From the NCBI RefSeq assembly GCF_006345805.1, contig NC_043005.1, positions 100,192,001-100,256,000 on the forward strand: 64,000 bases of DNA. Reading direction: 5' to 3'. Of the stretch, positions 36,009-49,158 are shown piece after piece. A model generated the notes under the pieces. That model was not told where the DNA came from. It worked only from the letters and a program-made list of their open reading frames with translations, and made no database searches. Position 1 is the stretch's first letter. Each line of letters starts with the position of its first letter. The DNA comes from Octopus sinensis. Its lineage: Eukaryota. A program made the position numbers and the translations under genes.

Positions 36009-36852
36009 TACACATATATTATACCTCAAATCTCTTAGTCACTGAGTATTTCTCCTTCTTCCCACACCCCACACACTCTGCACAAACTTCCTATTTCTTG
36101 TTTATACAGTGGGAGTGGAGATGGAGCAGTTATTATGGTGGTGATGAAGCGTTGATGTAGCCTCACACTCGCAAAATGTCATCTCATAATTCATAAGTCA
36201 GAAAATATTTATATGCAATATATGAAATATATAAGAAAATATATGTCAATCAAAATATACTGTATTATAAATCCAACCCATGCCAGCATGGAAAATGGAT
36301 GTTAAACAATAATGATGATGATTTCAGTTGATCTCACCAACAGGTGTTATACTGGGTGTTAGATAAGGAGATATTACATAATACTGCACACTTTTTCTCC
36401 CATCTCTGAAGAGCACATGGTGTTAGTGAACCATGTTGTCATCAAGCACCCCATGTGAAACTGATTGTTAACTTTGGCTGAAATGGATCTGTAAAATTGT
36501 ATACTTTGATTAATACACACACACAGACACACATACACATAACAACTCTCTCTAATTCTGACCATCCAAATATCCTACCATTAAGATCTCCCATAAAATG
36601 TACTATAAAGAAATTGTTCCCTGTTGGCTCATACTACTCAGATTTTTTGACCATTATTATGAGAAGTATTGATTTATCCACATTAAATCTGATATCTGCA
36701 GATGAGTACCTACTAATTTGTAATTAAGTGAACCAAAGCATATAGAATTACACAGCCTAACCAGGGATACAACCAGGTAAAAAAGGTAATTGAACACATG
36801 AAGAAGAGGTTGAAAGACATGTCACAAATAATTTCAAATTCACTAAGTATTT

Positions 36853-37003
36853 AATATTTAAATTTAATTTGCCAAAATATTTTCGTCTCTTTGAGACCGA
36901 GACCTGTTCACTGACAAAATTCCATGCTGCACGGAATTTTGTCAGGGAACAGCTCGCAGTCTCAAAGCAAGGAAAATATTTTGGCAAATTAAATTAAAAT
37001 GTT
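36853..37003. repeat. 151-bp palindrome
   Basis: 71-bp arms (36853-36923 and 36933-37003), 62/71 match, 9-nt loop. Confidence 0.95.
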
Positions 37004-37389
37004 GAAGTGAACCTAACGGTTTTTATGTGTTTCTTAAATGGCTTATAAACACCTTCCATGCTGCAATTGTTTTTGTTCCACAATGGACAGTGAAATCTTG
37101 CCTGCTTTAGCTTTGTTCTTCATTGAAACAGTTGGGTACTGATGTGGCTTATAATAAGATAGAAGATAACTTTGCAAGCATGAAACTGAGATGAAATACA
37201 CCGTTGCAGTTACTGCATACATTTTTCATATTTTCCTGATTTTGCATTAAAAATATTTAAATATCACATATTTATTGTTTTTAAATAAACATAGATTTAT
37301 GAGATTTCAATAAAACTTATTGACTGCATTTTGATTTTAAATGGAAAATATTAAATACTTAGATGTACTTGCATAGCAAGCGGCCTGAT

Positions 37390-37660
37390 CTGAGAAGCCT
37401 GTCGTATATATGTATATATATATGTACGTGTGTGTATATGTTTGTGTGTCTGTGTTTGTCCCCCTAGCATTGCTTGACAACCGATGCTGGTGTGTTTACG
37501 TCCCTGTCACTTAGCGGTTCGGCAAAAAGAGACTGATAGAATAAGTACTGGGCTTACAAAGAATAATTCCCGGGGTCGATTTGCTCGACTAAAGGTGGTG
37601 CTCCAGCATGGCTGCAGTCAAATGACTGAAACAAGTAAAAGAGTAAAGAGTAAAGAGTAA
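37390..37660 (+). mobile_element. SINE family A, 5'-truncated
   Basis: From gaagcctgtcgtatat to an (agtaaag)n-like tail. Confidence 0.85.
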
Positions 37661-38629
37661 CTGTGTTTTGTTATTGGTGAGTTAGGATAGGAAAGGATAA
37701 TTGCAACCAAGTTTATTAGAATTCTTGAATTTAACTAAAGTAAGTATATTGTTGGTGGCCAGTTACTTGACACTTGAAAATGCCATTCTGTAAGTGTTCA
37801 TTATTTCTATGATCATGTCTTTAGATAAAAGAAATTCATGTATAATTTCTGATTGAGTATGAGTGATGATTGTTTTGTTTATATGTCTGTTAAAATTCTA
37901 ATCTATTCATAGCGAGTACAAGTGAGATTTTAAATGGTTCCAACTCTAGTATAATCCTAACAGCCTGGACACCATCTTCACCTCCTTGCTTGGAGATTAA
38001 TGGCAAGTCATTAGAGAACTTTGTCTCCAGCACAGTTGATGCCTTGTGCTTGTTGAATGAAAAGTAGGCATTCAGTCTCTAATATTTTGCTAATTCTTTA
38101 TCTAGATTTTTTCCACTCCTTTCATCTCCTTTCTGTCCTATCCAGATAATTTCTTCTAAGTGTTTTTCTCCATGGCATTCTATCTCAGACAAAAATCTAT
38201 GATAGCTTTACAAAGCAATATTAACAATAGACATGACATAACCTCACAATAAAATGAAATAAAAACTCAAACTTGCTTTAGAGGTGTTTTATGAAGTGAC
38301 CAGATTTTACTGCAAGTCTAAGAACCAGTTATATGTTTGTTTATGCCACAACAAACAGCAGCAGCAGCAGTGGATAAGAATATATCATAATGATTTGATT
38401 TGGGGCAACAATGATGAGTTCATCTTTAAATTTCAGTGAACAATAAAGGAGTTGTGTAGATGCATTTTCATTTCACTGACATTAAATATTTCATAGGCTA
38501 TAAAATGCATCGGTTGACATGTGATATGAAGAAGATGAAACTCTACAAGGTTGGCTAACATCAGAGAGGAGATTGTAACATCACGACTTGTTCTTAATTA
38601 CCCAAGTGCCGACAACCAATATTTTCTTT

Positions 38630-38927
38630 TTGTTCCTTCTTGAGCCATCCCTGGCTGATAAGGGCCGGTTTCCTGGTTTCCTTGGTGTATAGGTTCCCCA
38701 CCTGGATGGGACCCCGGTTAATCGCAGGTGAGCTGCAAGATGCAGGAGGAAAGAGTGAGAGAAAGTTGTGGTGAAAGAGTCAGCAGAAGTTTGCTATTAC
38801 CTTCTGCTGGAGCCGCATGGAGATTAGGTGTTTTGTTCATAAACACACACATCGCCCAGTCTGAGATTCGAACCCGCGATCCCTCAACCACGAGTCCACT
38901 ACTGTAATCACTAGGCCATGTGCCTCC
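38630..38927 (-). mobile_element. SINE family C
   Basis: Reverse complement of the 23896-24192 family. Confidence 0.9.
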
Positions 38928-40004
38928 ACAATGATTACCAATACATAAGAGAAAACTGAATAAGGATGTCAACAAAGACAGCCTGATTGACTAAAGCAAT
39001 GAAAATTTAAGTTTTTTCAGAAAGTTCCTTCAAGAACATAAAGCAAAAACTGCTATTAAAGAAAAAAAACAAAAACAAAGGAACTAATGAATTAAAAAAA
39101 TGGATAAAAGGTGCCACCTTTGAAGAATCTGTTGGGTTGGGTTGGACAGTTGTTCCTACCACTGGTCCTACCACTGAAACACTATGAAATATTTGCAATA
39201 TATAAACGCCTGATTAGATGAAGGGATATAATAATACATTAGTTCTTGGATCTTTCGTTATCTGCTAACGCTCCTCTGTATGGTTGTATAACTATTAGAA
39301 ACAATAGTTAAATTTTCCTCAAACTTAAAAACACATCAGATAATGTAGACCTAGGTAAACAATGCCAGAAAAATAGGATGGTCATAACTGGAATGTTTTT
39401 AATCACAGGTCAGGTAGATCAGGATTGACCTAGGGTTAATACACGGGAATTGCTGAGCAATTTCTGGCATCCTTGTGTTCAAAGTGAATCTTATCAATTA
39501 AGAGATTTGGCATTGATTAAGGGGAAATGCCAATGATTTGGACAAACTACATGATGTTGGTTTGAATATGGTATGGGTTCAAAGTGTGGCCAGCAATAAG
39601 AAAAATACCCTGCGGAAACTGCTTTCTTGAATACTTCAACAAAATCTTAGGTGGTCTTGTGTTTACAAAACACTTTTAATGCAAGCTTTAATTCACCTCT
39701 AAATACAGACACAGAGATAGATTATACATTTGGTGGGTAAATTTTTACTGTTATTATTTTTAGTGGTTTAGCCATAGGAGTAAGGACAGAGTGCTATGAC
39801 TTCTTCTAAGGTCCCTGTGACTAGTGGGAGGGAATGCAGTGCTTTCATAATCCTTTTTGAGATCTCTGAGACTAATGGACAGGGGGAAGGAAGCTATCTT
39901 CAGACCAAAGTTGGTTAAGAACTGAGAATTTGAAACAGAAACAATTTACAGAAGGGCGAGAGGAAATTTTGTTGAGGCAGATTTTCTATGGTCGAGTGCC
40001 CTTC

Positions 40005-40121
40005 CTGTCGTCTTCTTTCTAATGCTAACTTAAACCTCTCAAGCTGCTTGCAGTAGATCTCCTTTGTTATCATTTGGGTTGGGTTTAAAAGTTCAAAGTG
40101 GATTAAACCTTTCATATCCCA
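40005..40121 (-). pseudogene. Mariner transposase fragment
   Basis: WDMKGLIHFELLNPTQMITKEIYCKQLERFKLALERRR matches the WWD.KG..HFELL...TI....YC.QL.RL motif. Confidence 0.75.
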
Positions 40122-41136
40122 ACTACTGTCTACAATAGCACAAGCTTTCCAATATGATGTGACCTTCACCATAATAGTACAGTCTACAACAGTACTATAT
40201 ACAGGATTCCTCATTCAGAAACTATACATGTGAATGGTGGTGGTAGTAATTTACATATTAATTAGCAATGTCAGTCTGCTGAGATATTATTGCTAAGCTT
40301 TAAATGAATAAAGTTTGATTGTTAATTAGATACTAACTTTTTCTTCATTAGACTAATTTAAAGAATAATAATTTCTTTAATTAAAAAATTCATTTATTTA
40401 GTTATTGTCATTTATATGATTAATATTAATGCGATTATACAAATTTTGATGCCACTGTGCATGATTGTATGCAAACTGTTGTATTGTGTTCTCCTTCTTA
40501 AGAAGCAGAAATATAATTTGGGTCACTATTGTACATTGTTCTGACTGGCTGACACTGATTTAATAGGATCAAAGTTCTGAAAAAAAAAAAAAATGATCCT
40601 GAAATGGAGGTAACCCATGTATGAGGTAGACTCATAGTAAACTTCTTCCAAACAGTTGTTTTTCTAATTTCACTTTTCTTACTCATATCTGATATTTTTT
40701 ACTGGAGTCTATAGCTGGAAAGGGGCCAGTTTCAATGGGCTGACTTTCCCATGGCATCATCATTACAACTGCTACTGTCACCACCATCATCATCATCAAC
40801 CCCAACCACCACTACACTCCTTCTCTTCTTCCTCCCCTCCTACTCATTCTCCTGCTCCTCCTCCTCCTCCTCTTCATAATAACAACAACAACAATAATGA
40901 TGGTGATGATGATAATCCTTTCTACTAAAGGCACAAAGCCCTAAATCTGTGGGGAAGGGACTAGTTGATTGCATTGACCCGAGTGTTTCACTGGTGCTTA
41001 ATTTACTGACCCACTATTCTCAACTCATAAATCATAACAATGGTTTCAAATTTTGGCACAAGGCCAATAATTTCAGGGGAGGGGTAAGCCAATTACTTTG
41101 ACCCTAATACACAACTGGCACTTATTTTACCCTTTT

Positions 41137-41369
41137 CTTATTTCTTTATTGCCCACAAGGGGCTAAATATAGAGGGGACAAACAAGGACAGACAAAGGGA
41201 TTAAGTTGATTACATCGATCCCGGTGCATAACTGGTACTTAATTTATTGACCTCAAAAGGATGAAAGGCAAAGTCGACCTTGGCAGAATTTGAACTCAGA
41301 ATGTAACGGCAGACGAAATACCGCTAAGCATTTCACCCGGCGTGCTAACGATTCTGCCAGCTCGCCGCC
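41137..41369 (-). mobile_element. SINE family B, full length (a truncated relative lies at 41040-41130)
   Basis: Head reverse complement ggcggcgagctggcagaatcgttagcacg. Confidence 0.9.
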
Positions 41370-41944
41370 AGTACATTATACCAGCATATTAATTGTAATA
41401 TGCATTCATGACTGAAGCGAGGCCTTTACCCAGTGAAGTTATGCTAAATCAATGATTGGCGATTGAGATGTGAACAAATTGAGGTGAGATGTAGAGGGGT
41501 TGGTAAGCAAGCTACTTACCACACAGCCAGTCTTGAAGATGACATTGCAACAGTTTAGAAACATTAACGTTTGGGGCTAGAATTTTGTGGTTTAACAAAA
41601 ATGTCTTGGAACTTTTAAGGAAATTTGAAAAATAAGAAATGATAAAACTAAAGGAGTGCACATACACACACACACATACATGTACACTCACATACACACA
41701 TGCACACACAAACACACACACACACATGCGTGCATGCACACATGCACAAATGCATATGTGCACACATACAGGCAGATAGACACACACTAAAGTGCATGCG
41801 TTTTGAAATATGTATGTTGTTTCACCATGAAAATAGTATTTAAGGAGGTTCTCTTAGAACTTTCCGTTTCGTGAGAGAACTGTATTAAGGAAGCAAATGA
41901 GAGTAAGATGAGGAAATATGCTGAGTTTGTGAAATTATGGTGAA

Positions 41945-42280
41945 GGCATATGGCTCAGTGGTTAGGGTGCTGGGCTCACAATCATGAAGTAGTGAGTTCA
42001 ATTCTCTAACCAGGCTCTGTGTTGTGTTTCTTGGCAAGACACTTTAATTCATGTTGCTCCAGTCTGGTCAGCAGTAGAAATGAGATACAACATCACTGGT
42101 GCCAAGCTTTACTGGCCTTTACCTTTCCCTTGGATAATATCGGTGGCATGGAGAGGAGAGGCTTTTATGCGTGGATGACTGCTGGCCTTCCATAAACAAC
42201 CTTGCCTGGACTTGTGCATTGGAGGGGAACTTTCTAGGTGCAATCCTAAGGTTGTTCATGACTGAAGGGGATCTTTTAAT
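41945..42280 (+). mobile_element. SINE family E
   Basis: Matches 23295-23632. Confidence 0.85.
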
Positions 42281-42300
42281 GTATACCAGTACATTATACC

Positions 42301-42521
42301 TATTTCTTTACTACCCACAAGGGGCTAAATATAGAGGGGACAAACAAGGACAGACAAAGGGATTAAGTTGATTACATCGACTCCAATGCATAACTAGTAC
42401 TTAATTTATTGACCCCGAAAGGATGAAAGGCAAAGTTGACCTCGGTGGAATTCGAACTCAGAACGTAACGGCAGACGAAATACAGCTACGCATTTCACCC
42501 AGCGTGCTAACGATTCTGCCA
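42301..42521 (-). mobile_element. SINE family B with a 15-bp TSD
   Basis: ccagtacattatacc at 42286-42300 and 42519-42533. Confidence 0.9.
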
Positions 42522-42774
42522 GTACATTATACCAGCATATTAATTGTAATATGCATTCATGACTGAAGCGAGGCCTTTACCCAGTGAAGTTATGCCAAAA
42601 CAATGATTGGCGATTGAGATGTAAACAAATTGAGGTGAGATGTAGAGGGTTTGCAGACTAGTCCCTTTACAGAGCTTACAACACATGCCAGTAAGCAGAA
42701 GGATATCAGACAGGCTGTAAAGACAGCAGAGATTTTCTCAAGGTGTTTGTGGATCAGGTGTTAGCCTTGTGGAA

Positions 42775-42975
42775 AGGCGGTGAGGAGCTGGCAGAAATGT
42801 TAGCACGCCGGGCGAAATGCTTAGCGGTATTTCGTCTGTATTTATGTTCTGAGTTCAAATTCTGCTGAGGTCGACTTTGCCTTTCATCCTTTTGGGGTCG
42901 ATAAATTAAGTACCAGTTACACACAGGGGTCGATGTAATTGACTTAATCTCTTTGTCTGTCCTTGTTGGTTGTGG
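42775..42975 (+). mobile_element. SINE family B
   Basis: ggcggtgaggagctggcagaaatgttagcacgccgggcg.. Confidence 0.85.
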
Positions 42976-43423
42976 GTAGAAGATTATCTGCTTCTGTATA
43001 ACTAGGTAAATACCAGGTAGATAACAAACATCCAACTAAATATTTTTCTAGTTAGGCTGAGAAGAAACTTTCATCTTTCAGTTTGAGAGGGTAAATAAAA
43101 TTAAAACTTGTTCAATCATTTTGGTTTGTTTTAAACACACACACAACTTTCAAGATAATAAACACCAATGTGTGTGTGTGTTCATATGTGATAATGGGTT
43201 TATCTATAAAATCAGCCTCTTTTTACAGAAAATTACAAACAATATCTTTTTTTTTATCTAACATTCAGCTGCAACTATTTCTACATCAAAAGGAACTGGA
43301 AGGTTAGAAAAATAACAATATTAAGTCAGTGAGTACATTGTACTCAAAAAACACACACACAAGCACTTTATCTGTATACATACATACATATATGTGTAGG
43401 GATATATATGTATTCAGGAGTAC

Positions 43424-44007
43424 CTGTCATTGAAAGTGGATGGTATGTGTAGAAGCGGGAGACCCAGAAAGACATGGGATGAAGTTATGAGGACCGATCT
43501 TAGGATGTTGGGGCTCACGGAGAAAATGACAGTAGACTGAGATGTTTGGCAATATGAGATCCTAGGGAAGACCCGTCCAGGAAACTGAAGAGTTGTGTCC
43601 CACCCACATGTAACAACACACTTTTCACCCACCCTACCCTAAGAAATCAAACTACAACTCCTCTTCTAATTGTATCTTTCTCTTCCTCATATTTTCTCTT
43701 CATCCATTATGATTGTTTTCCAATCCCCTTTCTTGCCCTCACTGCCCTGCTCCCTGTATCACTGCTCCCCACCACACCTACTCTCCATTTTTCTAACCAG
43801 GTTCTACACTCATATTCTTGTTACTTGTGAGTATACTCTAGCACTACACCAACTCTCTTCTGCTCTCTCTCACACTTTTGCTGCTTCTTACTCTCTCTCT
43901 CTCTCTCCTTCTCTTGTTTTCCTTCGGACTAGGTAACCAAGTATCACCTTTACATCAGCACACTTGTTTCTTACCCCTTTCTGTACCTCTCTCTCACACT
44001 CTATCTC

Positions 44008-44038
<31 letters not shown>

Positions 44039-44392
44039 ACTGAGTAACCACGTACCTCCTCTACAGCAAGATACCTATTTCTACCTCTCTTTGTCTTGTG
44101 AGTTACTTGGTTACCCTGCCAGTGCTGGTGCCACATTAAAGGCATCCAGTCCCCACCGTAACATGGTTGGCATCTTGAAGGGCATCCAGCCGTAAAAATC
44201 TTGCCAAAACTAACTTTTCCTGTGCTAGTGTCATGTAAAAAGCACTGAGTCCACTCTGCAGACTGGCTGGTGTGAGGAAGGACATCCAGCTATAAAAACC
44301 CTGCCAAAACAGACACAGTAGCCTTGGGTAGATTTTCTACCTGGCTGGCTGTAAGATGGACATTAAACAATGATGACGATGATGATGATGAT
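43424..44392 (+). mobile_element. RTE-type LINE 3' end: ORF2 C-terminus, long CT-rich 3' UTR, family D domain and (GAT)n tail
   Basis: LSLKVDGMCRSGRPRKTWDEVMRTDLRMLGLTEKMTVD*DVW; the GRPRKTW..D..W pattern is typical of RTE C-termini. Confidence 0.75.
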
Positions 44393-44524
44393 ATCTACAT
44401 ATACACACATTATATATATATACATATACATTTACATATATATACAGAGAGAGAGAGAGAAAATGAGAGAGAGATGTACTTATATGCATATATATAACCA
44501 ATAGCAGATGTAAGCACACACTTG

Positions 44525-44698
44525 CATGCAGGAGTGGCTGTGTGGTAAGTAGCTTGCTTACCAACCACATGTTTCTGGGTTCAGTTCCACTGCATGGAAC
44601 CTTGGGCAAGTGTCTTCTACTATAGCCTCAGACTGACCAAAGCTTTGTGAGTGGATTTGGTAGACGGAAACTGAAAGAAGCCCTTCGTACATATGTAT

Positions 44699-44735
<37 letters not shown>

Positions 44736-44970
44736 GTATGTATGTAATGTGTATATATATGTTTGTCTGTGTTCGTCCCCCCCAACATCGCTTGACAACC
44801 GATGTTGGTGTTTTTACGTCCCTGTATTTAGCGGTTCGGCATAAGAACCAATAGAATAGTACGAGGCTTACAAAAAATAAGTTCTGGGATCATTTGCGCG
44901 ACTAAAAGGTGGTGCTCTCAGCATGGCCACAGTCAAATGATTGAAACAAGTAAGGGAGTAAAAGAGAAAT
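44525..44970 (+). mobile_element. SINE family A, full length
   Basis: Complete match. Confidence 0.9.
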
Positions 44971-44982
44971 ATATGATATATA

Positions 44983-45021
<39 letters not shown>

Positions 45022-46064
45022 CACTCACACACATAAGCAAAGGCATTGTTGTCGACTTAGAAATTATCTTCCATCGATGTGAGTTCAGATTCAGTCCCCT
45101 CTGTGATGTAAGCCTGGGTCTTCTACCATGGCCCTTGCACAAGTCACAGCCTTGTGAATGGGTTTGGTACACAGAAACTGAAAGAAGAGCATTCTATACA
45201 TATACGTGTGTTTGTGGTTGCTTGCAAGTGTGTGCTTACATCTGCAATTGGTTACATAAAAGTGTCTTGGGTGTTGTTGTTGTCAGTCTTTGCCTATCAA
45301 TAAATCATTCAGGTAATTTGTGCCTTGAAGCCCAGGTGAAATAAATGATTCCTTACAAGAACGACACACAAGGGTGTTTGGTTGTTAAACAATGCCTCAA
45401 ATAGCATATTCGTCAAAGACATGCAAACATGGAAAAATGGATGTAAAAAGACCACACACACACACACACACACAAGCACACACACACACACACATACATA
45501 CACTGCACACACACACACACATACATACACTGCACACACACACACACACACATACATACACTGCACACACATTATATGCGTGCATGAATAAACAGCTTGA
45601 CTTGTAATTGTGAAAGGCACATCTGATCTTTTGAGCCTTCAAATCTGAGTCATGAAACAATCATAGCTTTTAAATAAGGTTTTGTTGTTTTCCTTTTTTA
45701 TTTGTTTTTGCATCTCATTGGATGATGAGTGAGACTCCAACACTCTGACTGGTTCAAAACTGTTAGCAGCTCATCACCATCATCATCATCATCATCACCA
45801 TTGTTTAATGTCCTCCTTCCATGCTGGCATGGGTTGGATGGTTTGCAGGAGCTGNNNNNNNNNNNNNNNNNNNNNNNNNNNNNNNNNNNNNNNNNNNNNN
45901 NNNNNNNNNNNNNNNNNNNNNNNNNNNNNNNNNNNNNNNNNNNNNNNNNNNNNNATAAGTACGAGGCTTACAAAAAATAAGTTCTGGGGTCAATTTGCGC
46001 GACTAAAGGTGGTGCTCCAGCATGGCCACAGTCAAATGATTGAAACAAGTAAAGGAGTAAAAGA

Positions 46065-46106
<42 letters not shown>

Positions 46107-46932
46107 GAGAGAGAGAGAGAGAGAAGAGGACACTCACACACATAAGCAAAGGCATTGTTGTCTGACTTAGAAATTATCTTCCCATCGATGTGAGTTCAGA
46201 TTCAGTCCCCTCTGTGATGTAGCCTGGGTCTTCTACCATGGCCCTTGCACAAGTCACAGCCTTGTGAATGGGTTTGGTACACAGAAACTGAAAGAAGAGC
46301 ATTCTATACATATACGTGTGTTTGTGGTTGCTTGCAAGTGTGTGCTTACATCTGCAATTGGTTACATAAAAGTGTCTTGGGTGTTGTTGTTGTCAGTTTT
46401 TGCCTATCAATAAATCATTCAGGTAATTTGTGCCTTGAAGCCCAGGTGAAATAAATGATTCCTTACAAGAACGACACACAAGGGTGTTTGGTTGTTAAAC
46501 AATGCCTCAAATAGCATATTCGTAAAAGACATGCAAACATGGAAAAATGGATGTAAAAAGACCACACACACACACACACACACAAGCACACACAACACAC
46601 ACATACATACACTGCACACACACACACACATACATACACTGCACACACATTATATGCATGCATGAATAAACAGCTTGACTTGTAATTGTGAAAGGCACAT
46701 CTGATCTTTGAGCCTTCAAATCTGAGTCATGAAAACAATCATAGCTTTAAATAAGGTTTTGTTGTTTTCCTTTTTTATTTGTTTTTGCATCTCATTGGAT
46801 GATGAGTGAGACTCCAACACTCTGACTGGTTCAAAACTGTTAGCAGCTCATCACCATCATCATCATCATCATCACCATTGTTTAATGTCCTCCTTCCATG
46901 CTGGCATGGGTTGGATGGTTTGACAGGAGCTG
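44855..46932. repeat. ~1-kb direct duplication (44855-45854 vs 45955-46932) flanking the gap
   Basis: Near-identical copies differing mainly by small indels and microsatellite length. Confidence 0.95.
45855..45954. other. Assembly gap (100 N)
   Basis: Run of exactly 100 N. Confidence 1.
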
Positions 46933-47279
46933 GCAAGGCAGAAACCGGCACAATACTTCTATTTTAAATTATTTTATATTTTACAGTAGGCAGCCATGGT
47001 TCCCAGGTATATGAATAAAAATTCAAGAGTTAAGGAATGAAGTGGATAAAATCCAGGCTACATATGTTTTGGAACTTCAGAAGTGGTAAATATCCAAGTG
47101 AGGTATATACCCATGTTAACACATGGAGGATTTGATCAGAATCCTCCATGTGTTAACATGGGCCATCTCATGACTATAAAATTTTCATTTAATCATGATA
47201 CTCCTGGCCTGAAGAGAAGCCTCACTTGGATATTTACCACTCCAAAGTTTGCTTGCTATGAAATATGTAGCCAATATTA

Positions 47280-47333
<54 letters not shown>

Positions 47334-47360
47334 ATATATTAAATAATAATAATAATCCAA

Positions 47361-47734
47361 AAACTTAAAAGAAAAATTAGATTTAGGATTAAATCAAATT
47401 TCACAGTATAAATAATTAAATTAGAGATAAAACAACTATTAGGCAACTCAAACAGTGATAGACATTAACCAAAACATTGAAAAAAGTTTAAAAAATAAAA
47501 AATTTAAAAATTATAAATATAATTTAAAAATTTTAAATTCAATAATTTAAATTTAAAATTTTATATTTTTATATATTGTATATTATATTAATTATATTTA
47601 TTTTTTTTTGTTTTTTATGTTTTGTTTATGTCTATCCACTGTTTGAGTTGCCTAATAGTGGTTTTATCTCTAATTTAATTTATATTATACTGTGAAATTT
47701 GATTTAATCCTAATCTAATTTTCCTTGTAAGTTT
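47361..47734. repeat. Long inverted repeat (~125-bp arms) around an almost pure A/T spacer
   Basis: ggattaaatcaaatttcacagtata..attagagataaaac.actattaggcaactcaaacagtg occurs in both orientations (47361-47485 and 47612-47734). Confidence 0.9.
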
Positions 47735-47767
47735 GAATATACACCCTAATATTATTATTACTATTAT

Positions 47768-47800
<33 letters not shown>

Positions 47801-47824
47801 TATGTATATATATATATCTAGGTA

Positions 47825-47990
47825 ATCTAAACAAGAACAGCAAAAACAAAAACAACAATGGAACAATGGACGTGGAACAAGTACTGTGTTCAGGAAAGGA
47901 AAGAAAAGAAAGGGGATTTCACATTTTGAGCAGAGCTCTTCATCAGAAATATAGAAAAAGTCCAAAGAAAGGAAGACATTATAAATGAGA
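47825..47990 (-). mobile_element. Short PLE-type terminal element (homologue of 35640-35800)
   Basis: Minus strand attt-CTGATGA-A-GAGC-TCT-GCTC-AAAATGT-G-aaat. Confidence 0.55.
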
Positions 47991-48439
47991 GAAACAGAAA
48001 ATGGAATTCATGAGATTCTTTATTAACGACAACAATTGTTTCAACCCATGTCGAATTGGTACCACATGGGTGAGATACTGTACCACTGGTTGTGGTGCGT
48101 CCTTTGATGCAGATGAGTGTCACCAGGTGACTTTTTGAAAGGTACCTTGCTCTATAAACTCAATGTATACCCAAGTTCTATATATATATATATATATATA
48201 CACATAAATATAGTAATAATGATAATAATCGATGAATGGAATCTATAAATATTTTAATGATTTGTTACGCACGTTTCCACAAATCATGTTTCTTATGATC
48301 ATAGTCCATATTCTTGGGATGATTATGATACAATCCACAATATCTATGGACATCATGTGGGTCTTAGTTCATGCATTCATTTCTTTAGACTTGACACCAT
48401 TCACTGACACCATCTCAACTTTCACTTCACCACATTTCT

Positions 48440-48650
48440 ACCGGTGATGGGATTTTCTTCAGCCCTGTTTATCACCAATCTGCCCAGTCCCTTATCATCC
48501 CTGCATGTGTCTCAATATCCAGAGATAAGTCTTCAATCTGTCATCTCACATCTTTCTGGGTATCTTCTGCTTTATATAAATGTCACCTTCTATAAGGATA
48601 ACATGCCTGTACCAGTGCAACCTTCCTTCTTGCGCAATACATGATTCCTC
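48440..48650 (-). pseudogene. RTE-type LINE ORF2 C-terminal relic
   Basis: Minus strand GRLHWYRHV..KIPRKM*DD..DW resembles RRLRWYGHV..RPRKTW. Confidence 0.5.
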
Positions 48651-49037
48651 TCATGCCCACCACTGCCGACTCCATCACTCTCATAAATTAACTCTGAGGA
48701 AGGGAATGATGTAGAAGAAAGTGGTTAGGAAACATGGCAATTTCTATTGAGGGAGACTGTAATGGAAATAATTTTGTCCTTGTTCTGAAGATTGTTGAAT
48801 TGGAAGATAATTGCTGTAATGATTGGTTTAATAAGAGAGAGGGGGAGAGGGGGAGACAAAGAGAGGGGAGGAAAGAGAGAGAGAGAGAAAGAGAGATGGA
48901 AGAGTAGAATAGAGAAACTGATTTAGATATACATAGGATAGAATGAAAGAGAAAACAGAAAATATGTACATCATGTGTGTGTGTGTGTGTGTGTGCTAAA
49001 GTATGAAATTAAATAGGGAAATTCAGAACACTGAAAT

Positions 49038-49076
49038 GCACACACACACACACACACACACACAACAACACACACA

Positions 49077-49153
<77 letters not shown>

Positions 49154-49158
49154 CACAC
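49038..49158. repeat. (CA)n
   Basis: Directly visible. Confidence 0.95.

Noticed and set aside
37930-38230. Possible decayed LINE coding fragment (also 62560-62740)
   Set aside because: Motif similarity is too weak to assign without a profile search.
45729-46107. ORFs containing X residues
   Set aside because: Artefacts of translating through the N gap.
48028-48075. Minus-strand CCCATGT/ACATGGG hairpin followed by GAAAC-AATT-GTT
   Set aside because: The 3' half looks like a hammerhead, but no CUGANGA or stem I is recognisable, so it was not called as a ribozyme.
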